Positions 1 through 13,315 of a DNA stretch of 52,968 nt are shown here, piece by piece. Positions within the stretch are counted from its first letter, which is position 1. Each line of letters begins with the position of its first letter. Origin of the DNA: Chiloscyllium plagiosum (taxonomy: Eukaryota); NCBI RefSeq assembly GCF_004010195.1, contig NC_057718.1:27657965-27710932 (forward strand), given 5' to 3'. A model generated the notes under the pieces. That model did not search any database. It saw only the letters and a list, made by a program, of their open reading frames with translations, and was not told the origin of the DNA. The position numbers and the translations under genes are program-made.

Positions 1-400
1 CTGGAGCGTCGGAGGCTGAGGGGTGACCTTATAGAGGTTTTACAAAATTATGAGGGGCATGGATAGGATAAATAGTCAAAGTTTTTTCCCTGGGGTTGGG
101 GAGTCCAGAACTAGAGGGCATAGGTTTAGGGTGAGAGGGGAAAGATATAAAAGAGACCTAAGGGGCAACTTTTTCACGCAGAGGGTGGTACTTGTATGGA
201 ATGATCTGCCAGAGGATATGGAGGAGGCTGGTACAATTGCAACATTTAAAAGGCATTTGGATAGGTATATGAATAGGAAGGGTTTGGAGGGATATGGGCC
301 GGGTGCTAGCAGGTGGGACGAAATTGGGTTGGGATATCTGGTCGGCATGGACGGGTTGGACCGAAGGGTCTGTTTCCATGCTGTACATCTCTATGACTCC
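1..400 (+). mobile_element. CR1 LINE 3' end (young subfamily)
   Basis: RT C-terminal RRLRGDLIEV..TRGH..FFTQRVV motif, then a 3'UTR ending in CTCTATGACT. Very similar to 48891-49478. Confidence 0.9.
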
Positions 401-409
401 AAGAGACCA

Positions 410-1805
410 AGTGTTTAGGGTAAGCTATCAGCATTGGCTGACTGGCAGAAGGCAGAGAGTAAAGATAAAGGGGTCTTTTTCAGAATGGGAGCCAGTCTAG
501 AGTGGAAGTCTGCAGCAGACCAATGTTGGGATTACAGCTATTCATGTTATACATTAACAATCTAGTCAAAGGAATGGCATTGTTACCAACTTTGCAGATA
601 AGACAAAGATAGGTGGAAAGACAGTGTTGAGGAATCAGGAGGCTGGAGAAGGACTTGGACATGCTCGGAGAGTGAGCAAAGTAGTAACAGATGCATTGCA
701 GTGTGGCAAAGTGTGAGGTCATGTACTTTGGTAGAAATAGAAGTATAGAATCACAGAATCCCTCATGTGGAAACAGGCCATTTGGCCCAACAAGTCCAGT
801 GACTCTCCGACGATTAACCAACCACACCTATTCCCCTACCCTATTACTCTACATTTCCCCTGACTAATGTATTGAACCTACACATACTGAACACCATGGT
901 CAATTTAGCATGGCCAATCCATGGAAATCGGAACACCCAGGGGAAACCCACACATACATGAGGAGAATGTGCAAACTCCACAGTCACCCAAGGCTGGAAT
1001 CGAACGCAGGTCACTGGCACTGAGGCAGCAGTGCTAACCACTGAGCCACCATGCCACCCTAAACTACTGTCTAAACAGCAAAAGGCTTTAGAAATCTGAA
1101 GCACAAAAGGGTCCGAGGAATCTTAGTTCAGGATTCTCTTAAGATTAACATGCAGGATCAGTTGACGGATTGGAAGGCTAATGCAATATTACCCATTCAT
1201 ATTGAGGGGGCTAGAATACAATAGCAGGGATGCACTGGTAAGGTTGTATAATGCTCTGGTCAGACCACATTTGGAATACCATGAGCAATTTTGGGCTCCG
1301 TATCCAAAGAATGACATGCTAGCATTGGAGAGGGTCGAGAAGAGGTATACAAGAACAGTCCTGGGGATAAAGGGCTAGTCATGCTGCGCAGTCGAGGACT
1401 CTGGGTCTGCACGCAATGGAGTTTAGAAACGGACATCTCATTGAAATCTACAGAATACTAAGAGTCCTGGTTAGAGTAGATGTGGAGAAGATGTTTCCAC
1501 TAGGAGAGACTAGGACCTAAAAGCACAGCCTCAGCGTGAAGGGATGACCATTTAGAACTGAAGAAGAGAAATTTCTTCAACCAGAGGGTGGTGAATCTGT
1601 TGAACTCATTGCCACAGTTGACTGCAGAGGCCAAGTCATTAAATGTATTTAAGAGAGAGACAGATAAGTTCTTGATCAATAAGAGGATCAAGGGTTACAA
1701 AGGGAATGAGACAGGAGAATGAAGTTGAGTTACTGTAAACCTTGATTGAAGGGCAGAGCAGACTTGATGGGCCGAATGGCCAAATTCAGTTTCTATATCT
1801 ACGGT
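410..1805 (+). mobile_element. Degenerate CR1 LINE ORF2 RT/3' end, interrupted by a SINE
   Basis: WLTGRRQRV, LYNALVRPHLEY..QFWAP motifs with frameshifts. CR1-type 3' tail near 1760-1805. Confidence 0.85.
745..1059 (-). mobile_element. HE1-like tRNA-derived V-SINE inserted in the CR1
   Basis: Reverse of GGGTGGCATGGTGGCTCAGTGGTTAGCACTGCTGCCTCA head (Pol III A/B boxes), V-domain and CR1-like tail. Confidence 0.85.
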
Positions 1806-2379
1806 CTTTTTTTTATTATGGTGTGCATATTCTAAATGCTTTCCCTCCACTTGAAAATACATTTAAAAATTCAAAACATTTTCTTGCATATGTAAAATAA
1901 TATTGAAGAATATTTGTTTATTTCACAGTGTGAAAGGTTCCTGGATCTGTCAGAAACTCAATTCTGCTTGAATGGAGGGAATTTTTAACAATTAAACTTT
2001 GTGACCTTAAAGTTTCATCTTTGTGCATGACAGAATGGTCACACTTTTGCCCTAGGAAAAGGGCATTATTTGATACAGCAAACATTACAATGGGAAATGT
2101 GTAAATAACAAATCTAAATCATCATTAATGTTGCTATGACTCTTAAGAGTACTTTCAACAAAGGTCCTGTTGCAATAATAGTATTTAACTTCCTAAGACA
2201 GGATACTCAGCCACTGTGTCAGAGCACCAATAAAACAAAAGATTGATCAATGCTAAAGGAGAGGCAAACCTGAAAGGTTCATCAGCATTTACATATCAGA
2301 TGGATTTCACAGTGGGGCTGCTTGAATTGGTGCTATTTAATTCACCATCTGGAGACCATTGGAGAGGAAAATAAATGAG

Positions 2380-2755
2380 ACCATAAGACATAGGAGCAGA
2401 AATTAGACCATTTGGCCCATCACATCTGCTCCTCCATTCAATCATGGCTGATAGGTTTATCATCCCCATTTTCCTGCTTTCTCCCAGTAACTTTTGATCT
2501 CCTTGGCAATCAAGAACTTATCTGTTTTAAATATACTCCATGAACTGGCCTCCACAGCTTTCTGAGACAATGATTTGCCCAGATTCACCACTCTCTGCCT
2601 CAAGACGTTTCTCCTTATCTCCGTTCTGAAGGGTCTTCCCTTGATCCTTACACTGTGCCCTTGGGTCCTCCTCTCTCCTGCCAATGGAAACCTCTTCCCA
2701 ACATTCACTCTATCCAGGCTATTCCATATTCTAAGTTTCAGTCAGATCCTCCCTC
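2380..2755 (-). mobile_element. CR1 LINE 3' fragment
   Basis: ORF 2460..2708 (RTQGHS..RRNVLRQRVVNL) and CR1 3'UTR. Confidence 0.8.
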
Positions 2756-3663
2756 ATGTTAATGTGTGTGCAAGCACACACAAGACATTAAAGAATAGCC
2801 TAGTAGCAATTAATGTATACAAAATTGTCTTGTTAATTAAGCAAGACTTTGGAACTGAAACATGAACATATGGCAATACAATCTTCCAGTCTATGACCAT
2901 TACAATGATAGTCATGTTGATGGTTGAAAGCTATTAATACACAAAACACCAGAAATTAAAAGAGATTGCAAAGTAACACTATAAAAGAAACAATAATAGA
3001 ATATGAAAATATTTCTAATTTGCTTAGGCAAAGGAGGCATTTTCTTCCACCAGTTGGTACAATGAGAAGAACAAAAGCTCATGCTCAATTGCACTGTGCC
3101 AATAATACCCACATACTTTTTATTCTTAAAAACAATTTGTGTTATAACCAGAACCAACTGAATTTATTACAAATGGACAGCATGGGTTTTTAAACAAGAT
3201 CACTAACTTTTTGGCAATAAAAACAGTTTCTGAAATGGTGCATACAAAATGTCAACGCTGGCAAAAAAGCTTATTCACTGATCGTGCATTACAATGGAGT
3301 TCTGCTTTTTGTTCAGTTAACTGTCAGCTCTTTTACTTTCACAGAATATTTAGCCTCTTCCTTTATGTTAAAAAGAACATTTTTCTCTCAGATATTCCAC
3401 AACTTTCTCATTAATCCTGCTAATACTAAAAAACCTTTTATTGACAATCTCTCCTGATGTTGCAATTTGGTATAATTCTCTCTGCAGCAAGAAATTTAAT
3501 TATAGCTTAGTTAACAATATACGACATATGCAAAACACTTGTGGAACTTAAATGATTGTCCAATGGTTAAAATCTTCACTTGCACTATAAAGGTGATACA
3601 TCATTGATGTTGCCATAATTCCCATTATTGGTAATATATTTCCCAATAAGTAGTGAAACATAC

Positions 3664-3813
3664 CTTTTGGTTCAGTGGAGATATAGTGTCTGTTGCAGAG
3701 TCAATGGGGTAGATCTGAATTCTTTGCTCAGTGTAAGTATGAAGATTTAGCAATGCTCCAACCAAATCTCGAAGGAAAGCCAGTGCCTGTCCACTAACAT
3801 CACGAGCTTTCAG
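3664..3813 (-). CDS. PPP1R21: PPP1R21 exon 9 (LKARDVSGQALAFLRDLVGALLNLHTYTEQRIQIYPIDSATDTISPLNQK); gene continues off the left edge
   Basis: 150 nt, ctttcAG acceptor and GTATGT donor. Highly conserved HTYTEQRIQI..DTISPLNQK. Confidence 0.96.
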
Positions 3814-3879
3814 CTGAAAGTCAACACAGTTTAGCGTGGAGTATAGCATGGCCATTCATTTTACATAGCACTACATAAG

Positions 3880-4690
3880 CAAGATGAACTAATGGCAAAA
3901 ATACAGTTTGAAGAACATGATCTCATGGCTACCATGGAGACATGGTTAGAAGGAAATCAAAGCTGGGAGCTAAATACTGACGGATACATGATTGCTTTTG
4001 AGAAGGTGGGCAGGAAGGAAAGGCTGATACTTTATAAGTAAAAGATGGAATAAATAGGACAATGGAAGTGTTCTTGATTGGGAGAAGTGGCTTCCCTATG
4101 GGTGGAGGTTAAAAAATAACAAGGGGAAAAAAAGACACTGGTGGGAGACATCTAAAGGCTCCACATCTAACTTGACTGTCAGGCAGAGAATACAGGACAA
4201 AACGATGATAGGGAGGAAAGGCTGCACTTAGTCATGGATGGCTTTAATCTGCAAGTAGATTGGGAAAATCAAATTAGCAGAGACAACTCAGTGTACTCGT
4301 GACAGGTTCCTAAAACATTGCAGATCCAACCAGGGATCAGATGGTTTTGGATCTAGTAATATGTAATAAAGCAGATTTAATAAATGATCAAGAGTTAAAG
4401 ATTTCTTAGTAAACAGTGACCATAACATGGCAGAACTTAGCATTCAATTTGACAGGGATAAATTTGAATTTGAAACAACAATGCTAAATTTTAATAAGGA
4501 AACTTCTAAATAAATGAGGAAAGTTGATTGGAGTAGATTGGGAAAAACAGTTTAACAGGAAAACAGTCGATGAATAATATCAGATGTTAAAGAAATAGTT
4601 CAAGATTCAACACAAAAATATATCCCAGTGAAGGAGGGGGACATATCAAGGTAACCAAGAAAGTGAAGGATAATGTCAAATTGAAAGGAA
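3880..4690 (+). mobile_element. Degenerate CR1 ORF2 APE-endonuclease fragment
   Basis: Decayed ETW, MDGFN..DW, LDLV, SDHN motifs, parallel to 42400-42900 and 49480-49800. Confidence 0.65.
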
Positions 4691-4691
4691 A

Positions 4692-5390
4692 TGTCTTTTA
4701 AATGTTGCAATTGTACCAGCCTCCACCACTTCCTCTGGCAGCTCATTTGATACGCACACTACCCTCTGCATGAAAACGTTGCCCCTTAGGTCCCTTTTAA
4801 ATCCTTCCCTCTTACCCCAAGCCTATGCACTCTCTAGTTCTGGACCCCCACGACCCAGGGAAAAGACCTTTTACCCTATCCATGCCCCTCTTGATTTTTA
4901 AACCTTGATAAGTTTACCCCTCAGCCTCTGACACTCCAGGGAAAACAGCTCCAGCCTATTCAGCCTCTTCCTATAGCTCAAACCCTCCAACTCTGGCAAC
5001 ATCTTGGTAAATCTTTTCTGAACCCTTTCAAGCTTCACAGCATCCTTCCTATAGGAGGAAGACCAGAATTGCACACAATATTCCACAAGTGGCCTAACCC
5101 AAGTCCTGCACAGTTGCAACATGACCTCCCAACTCCTATACTCAATGCTCTGACCAATAAAGGAAAGCATACTAAACGCCTTCTTCACTATCCTATCTAC
5201 TTTCGATTCAACTTTCAAGGAACTATGCACCTGTACTCCAAGGCCTCTTTGTTCAGCAACACTCCTTGGGACCTTGCCATTAAATGTATAAGTCCTGCCT
5301 TGTACATCCACAATATAACATCCCAACTCTTACACTTAATGAAGGCAAGCATGCCAAATGTCGTCTTCAACCTGCGACTCCACTTTAAAG
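4692..5390 (-). mobile_element. CR1 LINE 3' portion of ORF2
   Basis: ORF 4898..5326 (VRPLVEYCVQFWS..LERVQKRFTKMLPEL..RLRG). Confidence 0.9.
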
Positions 5391-6624
5391 TATGCACCTG
5401 TTCTCCTTATCTACCATAAGCTGTTGCTAAACCTACAGACAGCATTTAGTAAAGTATTACAAAAATTGTTCTCATTCAGCTGAAAGTAGACCAAGCGGTT
5501 TTCAGCTTATGATGTCAAATGGATCACTGCTGCATACAAATTGCTTCTCGTCACGAGGCCTCCTCTACACAACTCATTGAATTATTGGTGTTGCAGCTAG
5601 GTCAGCAGATTCTTACTCCAGTTGACAGAAAGAGCAAAAAGATTATGTAAATTCAGCCAGCAACAAATGCTTCTGCTTTGCAGCTGACTGCCAGATACGA
5701 GTCATTAATTGTGTATTATATGGGAACTAGTCCAAAACTAAAGATAAGCTTAAGTTATGACAGGACATGAAAGAGTCAGAATTTTGGTCACACCAAGGCC
5801 AGGTTGGTTTTTCTTCATAAAAAAAACTAGTTTGATGTGTCTTCACAACTTCTTTTAAATGTCACTTATGCAATTAGTAGTTATTTCTCAAGTTACATAC
5901 ACACCACTAATGTTAGGCCTCAGCTATCGAAGCCCATACATCGTTTATTTAGCTCCAATAAAGAGTATTTTTTTGTTGCCTAATCTACAGAGGAAACATA
6001 TGTTCAAAGCCACATTGGCTGGGGTTTTCAGAACTGATTTAAGTCCAACACACTGCTACGTCAGCTGTAAGTTATCTGCATCATTTCCTACAAAAGAATA
6101 AAAAGGAACTGGCTGGCAGTAACAGACGTTTGAAAAATGCTAATTCTGTCATTGAGCATAAAACTAGTTCTAGAATTTCATTTTTGTCATTAAACCCAGG
6201 GACAATTCTTTGTTCTTCTCAATAATAGTGAGGACATTTTATTAAGCAAAAATGATTGTTGATTAAGAATATCATCAACAAAGCACAAGTCCAGCCTAAA
6301 TCCTCAAAATAATAATCATTCAATTATGAGGCAAGTTAAGCACATGAAATTTTGTGCTGAACATTAAATAACCAGAGGTGAGAAATATTAAGTACAAACC
6401 ATTAAGTGTTTTAGAAAAATATAAATTTCACATGAAAACTAAACTGAGTTAACAAAATGAGACCATTTCACCACTTTTCAATCTCAAAATTATTCACAGC
6501 CTGCTCTAATAACTGCATATTTCTTTCAAGAGTACTGTGCACTATTCTTGAAGGTTTTAAAATACATTGGTTTATTTTTAAAAATCTACTTTTTAAGAAA
6601 CGCTGTAAAGCACTTAGTAAAGTT

Positions 6625-6880
6625 TAGTATAGAGAGAGTTAGTGGCAGTTATCTTTTCCCTTGGATGGGGTTTTTCAAGACTTTGGGGGGGGGGGGGTGT
6701 GGCAGGCACATTTAAGGTGAGATGAGAGAGAGATTTGAAAAAGATATGAGGCAATTTTTTTTAAACAGAGAGGGATATGGGCCAGAGCAGGCAAATGGGA
6801 CTAGTTTCGTTTGGGATTATGTTCAGCATGGATTGGTTGGACCAACGGTCTGTTTCTGAGCTGTATGACTCTATGACTTT
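6625..6880 (+). mobile_element. Short CR1 3' fragment with internal poly-G
   Basis: 3'UTR and GACTCTATGACT tail. Confidence 0.7.
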
Positions 6881-6961
6881 AAGTTCCTAAACCACAGATT
6901 TAAAAATTATTTTAGGTGCAACAACTAATTTTTTTTGACCATCCAGTTCTGGATTACTCAC

Positions 6962-7014
6962 TTGATGCCTTCTATCATGTACAGGTACATCCAATGTGCT
7001 GTATTCTGCACAAC
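6962..7014 (-). CDS. PPP1R21: PPP1R21 exon 8 (S-CAEYSTLDVPVHDRRHQ)
   Basis: 53 nt, phase 1 entry. ttccatatAG acceptor and GTGAGT donor. Aligns by eye to mammalian YSQYNALNVPLHNRRHQ and restores phase 0. Confidence 0.9.
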
Positions 7015-7959
7015 CTATATGGAAATGAGAGTTTGGATAAGTAAGCAGGTTTTAAGCATCCAAGAACACAATGAAAACAGTAGAAAGTACATTCTAAATT
7101 TCCATCAGCAATCCTGACAATCCAAATGATTAATTTGAAAGCTTACCACAGCTATCAAGAATACAGGTAAGAACAGATCTGTGCATGTCTAAGACATGGA
7201 ATATGAAAGCTATGGTGCAGAAAAATGGCTATTTTATCAGATCATTATTCACTATGTACTTTACAAACTCACAATTAGGCCAAAAGCTGCAACTTTCAGA
7301 AGTAAAAAGTACCTGATCTATCCAAAATATCCTCAAAACGCAAATATCTCAGAACATTGAAAGGTAAGTAAGCCATTTCATGCTGATGTTATGCAGTGGT
7401 GACTGATTTTTCACTAACAAGATGTGGTCATCAGTCCAAAGAGATGATCTAACTTGCCAATGAGAAATAGGTGTATGCAGTTGAGTGCCAGTGTGATGCC
7501 AGGTACTTCGACCACACATGACTGGCTGATCAAATGCAACATTTTCCACTAGTTGGTTAGAATGGGCAATACACAGATCATACTCAACCAGTTTGAGCTT
7601 GTAAATCCCAAAACGACATGTCTACTACTATATATAATTTTGCACTTGGGCAGCATTCCTCCCAGAACGCTAATAGCAACACTAACAAACAAATTAAACC
7701 ACAAGCTCATATCATAGCATGATAGTTGGATAAGGCAGGGACTTATTTTCTGCAAGCAAGGGAAAAACATTCAAGCCTTACAATTGTTTTGAATTTCTTC
7801 AAAGCGTGGGAAGCCTATAGTTCCCTGTTGCTTTCTTCATGGCAATGCTTTAGCCAGAATCAATTCGACAACCAAACACCACCACCCCCCACTTTACTTG
7901 TGTAGCATATGTCAGCAACAATCAACACTGAAGCAGCAGCATTAGAAGACCTCATTATG

Positions 7960-8520
7960 AACATAAGTACTTGGAGAGGATTAGGTCAATCAGCCCTTTG
8001 AGCCTGTTCCACTATTCTAGATCATACACCTCCAATGATATTTTTCCATATAATCCCAATATGCAGAATGTCATTTGCATTGAGATAAATATTGACCTTG
8101 GTCTTACACATACCCATTGATCAAGCTTCCACAGCTTTTCTGGACACAGAATTCCAAAAACTGACAATCTCAGTGGAGAAATCTGTCCTAATCTCGGTTA
8201 TTAACAGGCTGGTCCTTATTTGGACCCCATGTCCCCTGGTTGTAGACCCCACCGTCAAGGGGAACTTCTTTTTTGCATCCACTCTATTTCGCCTGCGTAC
8301 ATTTGAAGAAAATCACCAATCATTCTAACAGAGTTGAGAGAAGACAGAGTTAGTCTCCTCAAGCACTTATACTTGCAACCTTCTAGCCACAGTCTGCAAA
8401 CCTGAGAATTCACCTTTCTTCCTACTGTTTTATTTTTGTTAACCAATCCTCAATCCATATTTTTACTCCATATGTACAAATTTTAATTACTAGCCTCATG
8501 TAGGATCTTACTGAAAGCAT
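7960..8520 (-). mobile_element. Old CR1 fragment(s)
   Basis: Decayed CR1 3'UTR and RT motifs. Confidence 0.55.
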
Positions 8521-9388
8521 TCTGAAAATCTAAACATCCTAGATTTCTAAACAAAAAGGCTCTCTTCCCAAAATAAATTTTCTCAAGCCCAAAACATTTA
8601 AGTGGAAATTTCATCATGATCGTTGAACTGATGTTCAACTCAGTACTACTCAAAATTCAAATAACCACTTTGCAAGGCTGATAATCACACAATAACCAAA
8701 GACTATGCTAAGAAAACTTCAGTAATTTTAGAATTGCATACAGAGAACTTATTTTACAAGATACAAAACAAAGAATACTTACTCACCTGTCACCATTCAG
8801 CTAAAAAAACACATTGGAATACTTTACAAAAACGTCTGAATTTGGTAGTCAAATTTAGTATTTGACCACAGGAAAAGGCATTAGTTACAGTATCCTTTAT
8901 TACTAAGGATAAAATGTCATTGCTTGAGAGCTAGGTCCCTATTTAGTAGTACCTACTTAAAAATACATGTCAATATCAGGGAAGAACGAGGGCAGCACCT
9001 TAATCTGTGCTGGTACAGTGGAAATGTATGGACATCAGATAAGTGCATGATTGGGCCTAACTATGAATGCAAGGCAAACATATAGTTTACATCTTATGTG
9101 CCCGCAGAGATAAATTGGATCAGGGAAGGAAAAAATGTTTAATATTTTATACAAGGCAACAAAAAAGTTATTTAACCATTCTGTAGCTTTCAAAGAACCT
9201 AACTTTTAAACAACTGTGGAAAGGACAGCAATCCAAAAAATTAACATTTTATAATTCCAAACAAAAGAAATAATTTTTCAATAATCTTTCAGTTAATTCA
9301 ATGTGAAAACCACCTTTTTTCCTAAAATACCAAAGCTCTGGGCCATCTTTACTTGAATTCCTAACCCACACTGCAATTTACATATATA

Positions 9389-9638
9389 CAGTACAAACAC
9401 GATTATCCGAACATCAATTATCCGAACAAGATCTCAAGGTCCCGAAAAATGGCATTAGGCAACACAGCATTCAGTTATTGTTTAAAACAGCATTATGGGG
9501 TGCATTACCAGATAACAGAGATATTCGAGTAACCGGCACTCAAAATTATCGTTTATGATCAGATTGATTATCTGAATGATCAATTATCTGAACAAAATAC
9601 TCCCCGTCTGTCTTGCTCGGATAATCGAGGTTCTACTG
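9389..9638. mobile_element. Tc1/mariner (Tigger/pogo-type) MITE
   Basis: 22-bp TIRs (CAGTACAAACACGATTATCCGA and TCGGATAATCGAGGTTCTACTG, 19/22 match) flanked by TA at 9387-88 and 9639-40. Confidence 0.85.
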
Positions 9639-10138
9639 TAGTCACTGAATAAACGTGTTGACTGGTGCAAAGTCAGGAGGCAGTTTATGAATGTGTTATA
9701 CTTGATGAATCACACCAGGGTTGCTAGCATGCGGCAAATCTTCTCAATGCTTGGACTGGGTTTGGGGATCGGTCTTTAGAGCAACACTTGCAGAAAAATC
9801 AGCCTGAGGTGGCAGTAATAGAAAAGATAGGTGTAAAAATAATTTCATTTTTTTGAAATTGCAGGTCACTGTTTCCAGTACATGATGGTTTAAATATTTT
9901 CATTTTATTCATCTGCCTTTAACAACCTACCAAAACCTTGATTTTTAAAAATAGTGGGACCTTATAATGCAATGAAATTGAAAAAAAATTTTCCTGTAAG
10001 AAAGCTGATGGCCGCAAGAATTTTATAATTAATTTAACCCAGGAGGAGTAAAATTAACAACCACATTCTTATTGAAACTAACTCATGCCTTGGACTCCAT
10101 TGAAAATACTCAATTGCACAGGAAGTAGTCATACTCAC

Positions 10139-10233
10139 TCGTATCATTAAATGGCACCTTGTCTTGAATAATACTTAATGACTGGTCCAAACGGCTACTC
10201 AGATCAGTATGGATATTCTTTAGCTGTTGCTGG
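10139..10233 (-). CDS. PPP1R21: PPP1R21 exon 7 (C-QQQLKNIHTDLSSRLDQSLSIIQDKVPFNDT)
   Basis: 95 nt with phase 2 entry after a 97-nt intron. GTGAGT donor. Contains the KVPFNDT motif. Confidence 0.95.
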
Positions 10234-10330
10234 CTGCATTGAAAACGATGAAGTATTAAATGTTTCACAATGTTCAATGCAAGTCTATCAGTAATAACCA
10301 GTAATACAGCACAAATCATAACTATCTTAC

Positions 10331-10389
10331 CATTCTTCTGTCCGAAGCCTACAGTCCTTTGCTTCTCTTTCCAAGGATTGTGATTTCAC
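10331..10389 (-). CDS. PPP1R21: PPP1R21 exon 6 (VKSQSLEREAKDCRLRTEE+TG)
   Basis: ttctcacAG acceptor and GTAAGA donor, 59 nt, ends in phase 2. Confidence 0.95.
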
Positions 10390-10799
10390 CTGTGAGAAAT
10401 ATTGTATGTTTTTGAAAATGTTTATGAATCTTTTCCAAAGCCAAGCTTAAAAAAAAATCCATCTGCACAAGCAGCTGATCATCACTTTAAAAAAAGTGAG
10501 CTTTAATCCCTGCTCTTGTAAACTACAGTTGTATCTCCAAACATGCTTTCCTGTCCAAAGTCCCGAAATCATGTTTATTACGTTCCAAAAACATCTTTTC
10601 AGAAACTCACTTGAATTTTACAATCAGGGCTTTGTTCACCATAATAATGAAACTGCTCCAAACTCACAAACATCTCGTTATTGTCAATTTCCTTTCTCTG
10701 TTCTCTCTATAAAGCTTTAACACCACCTCAAAAACCTCTTTAAAAGTGGTCCCTTTATTGCAGCTCAGTGGGCTTGCCTTTTATTGGCTTCATTCTTAA

Positions 10800-11225
10800 C
10801 TGTCCGGTCATAGATGCAACAAGTTTCTAATGGGGTGACCTTATTGACATGACAAGATTTCTAAGAGACTTGACAGGATCGGCAATCTAAAAGGCTGTTT
10901 CTCCTTGTGGGAGAGTCTAGGACCAGAAGGCATAATCTCAGAACAAGGAATGGCACATTTAAGACAAACAAGAAGGAATTTCTGCCCCAAAGATAGTGAA
11001 TCTGGGATTTTGTTTTTAATCCACAGATGACTGTTGATGCTGAATCATTAAGTATATTCAAAGTTAAGATAGATAAATATTTAATCAGTCAGCGAGTCAA
11101 GGTTTATGGAGAAAAGGCAAGAGTGTGGAGTGGAGGATTATCTGATCAACCATGATCTCATTGAATGAGCAAAGCAGAGCCGAAAGAATGAATGACCTAT
11201 TTCTGATCCTATGTTTTATGGTCTT
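10800..11225 (+). mobile_element. CR1 3' fragment
   Basis: GDLI..ESRTRRHNL motif remnants and CR1 3'UTR. Confidence 0.7.
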
Positions 11226-11952
11226 ACTATTAACTTCACAATGGACATTAAAATATGATAACATGGAATGGACTGAATGCCTCAATTTACTGGGATTTAT
11301 TTGACTTTTAATAAATGGTTTAGTATTTTGCCCAGCTGGGACCTAAGTTAACATTTAACAATATTTGCCAACATTAGCAAAGGTCCTTAAAATTGATGTT
11401 TGATATGATAGGAAACAGAAATCTTGCATTCTTCAGCCCTACATCATTCTATGAACTATAGGTGTGCTTCTTGTGCAGTTACTTGGAACAGCTTTGAGAA
11501 CAAAAAAAAACAGAAATTGCTTGGAAAACTCAACAGCATCTGTAGAGAGAAAGCACAGTTAATACTTTTGTTCAGTGACCCTTCTTCAGAATCGATTAAA
11601 GCTAGGAAAAGGATGGTACGTGTGCTAAAGATGGGGTGGAAGAACAGACTAAACTATAGGCAGAATGGCGCTGACAGAAAAGAGAAAGAGAGAAAGAGAG
11701 AGAGAACTTTGAACTCAAAGTTCATTAAACTGGCAAATGCTGTAAGCTATTTTGAGTTCAGGTCTTCAAATACCAATTTGCAACAGCGTAAAAGGTCCTG
11801 CTCGAATGCTTTCCTCAAGTGTGGAAAAAGCAAATGAAGCTCTGGAATGCTGTCTTGTTCTTGTGCACACCAATTCATTCCCAGAGCTAGCACATGAGAA
11901 AAGAGCGAAGGGAGCCACATTAGAATGAGAAGGATACATGTTGAAATTTCAC

Positions 11953-12117
11953 CTCTAAATTTGCTTTGTCATTTTGAAGTTTTTCTATGGTATCCATGTA
12001 CTTCATCTTCAAGCCATCTATCACAGCTTTATGTTGCATAGCATCTTTCTCCAGTACCAGTAATCGCTCCCTGAGGTCAGTTTCAGTTTGTCTGTGTTTT
12101 GCTTGTGCTTCTTGTAT
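11953..12117 (-). CDS. PPP1R21: PPP1R21 exon 5 (IQEAQAKHRQTETDLRERLLVLEKDAMQHKAVIDGLKMKYMDTIEKLQNDKANLE)
   Basis: tttgtgcAG acceptor and GT donor, 165 nt. Contains the KYMxTIEKLQNDKAxLE motif. Confidence 0.95.
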
Positions 12118-12171
12118 CTGCACAAAGAAATACAAAACAAAATCTCAAACACAGATACTGAGATTGCTGGC

Positions 12172-12428
12172 TTAACACCCCCATCTGCAATTTCCCCTCC
12201 AAACCACTTACCATCCTCACTTGGAAATATATTGCTATTCCTCACTGTCGCTTGGTAAAAATCCTGAAATTCCCTCCCAAAGGGCATCATGAGTCCACCT
12301 ATAGCACATGGACTGCACTGGTTTTAAAGGGCAGCTCAATACCAACTTCTTAAGGACAACGAGGGACAGCAATAAATATTGGACATTGCTGGCAATGGGG
12401 CCATGTCCCATGAATGAATAAAAAAAAA
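12172..12428 (+). mobile_element. CR1/L2-group LINE 3' end (second family; related minus-strand pieces near 13640-14160, 15450-15860, 30600-31200)
   Basis: Ends in TGAATGAATAAAAAAAAA. The reverse complement resembles 15450-15720. Confidence 0.55.
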
Positions 12429-13315
12429 CTGTTCTTAATTATTGATATAGGAACAGAGATGAGCTGAACACCTTTCTTGTTCCATTTCTTTCAAATTATT
12501 TGAAGCAAACAATCTTACCGTGAGCAATAACATAACTCCACAATAAAGTACTCCAATTATTTTTAATGCTCCATTCAACTGTGACCTTTCATGCCAAATG
12601 TTTTAAACCAAAAAAACTCAAAGACAGGAACCTGTACAAATGCTAGTCATCAAGTTAAAAGATGTTCAAAAAGCTTTCAAAAAGTCAATATTGCATGCCT
12701 TATACCAGTAACTGCTATAATAATTTGGAGATGAAAGCCAGGTTGCAAATTTCAACTTCTCAAAAGTATCAATATAGCTACCCTGCAGTTTCTGTAACCA
12801 TTACACCAAGCCCAGAATGAAAATAAACAAAGAAACCTTTAGGATAATATCCCAAGTAAACAGCAACTATGTAACAATAATTCAACTACTTCATTTGATA
12901 CAGACCTTGATGTCTTTTCCTTCTCCTTGGCAGAAAACAATTGCCTTGAAACAGGATACCATAGACATCTCTGGTATATTGCCTGGCAAAACTTATAAAC
13001 CAAAATTCACCAGAAGTATTGGAAAAGAAAACCTACATCCACCCTCTCCAAAAAAAAGTTACCATGGTGCACACAAACTTTGCATGCGATTTGAAGCATT
13101 TTAGGAAAAGCCCTTGCAAAAAGTGGTCTGGCTTACCAAGTTATGTTGCAAGGGAAAACCACAGTAGTGTCGCAGTCATGATACACGGATGCTCAAGAAA
13201 TAAAACAAATAACTACTTTTCTGAACTAAAGGGCAAATAAAATAAATATAAATTGGGCAAAAAGCGAACACCAATCAATCAGCCACCACCAAGGAAGCGA
13301 ACTTACAATTATGTA

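Noticed and set aside
1810..3660. Search for PPP1R21 exon 10 (FSQYLHENA..)
   Set aside because: No matching minus-strand exon was found by eye. It probably lies left of the window.
7380..7410. SPLHNIS peptide as candidate exon 8
   Set aside because: 6962-7014 fits better in size, phase, splice sites and sequence.
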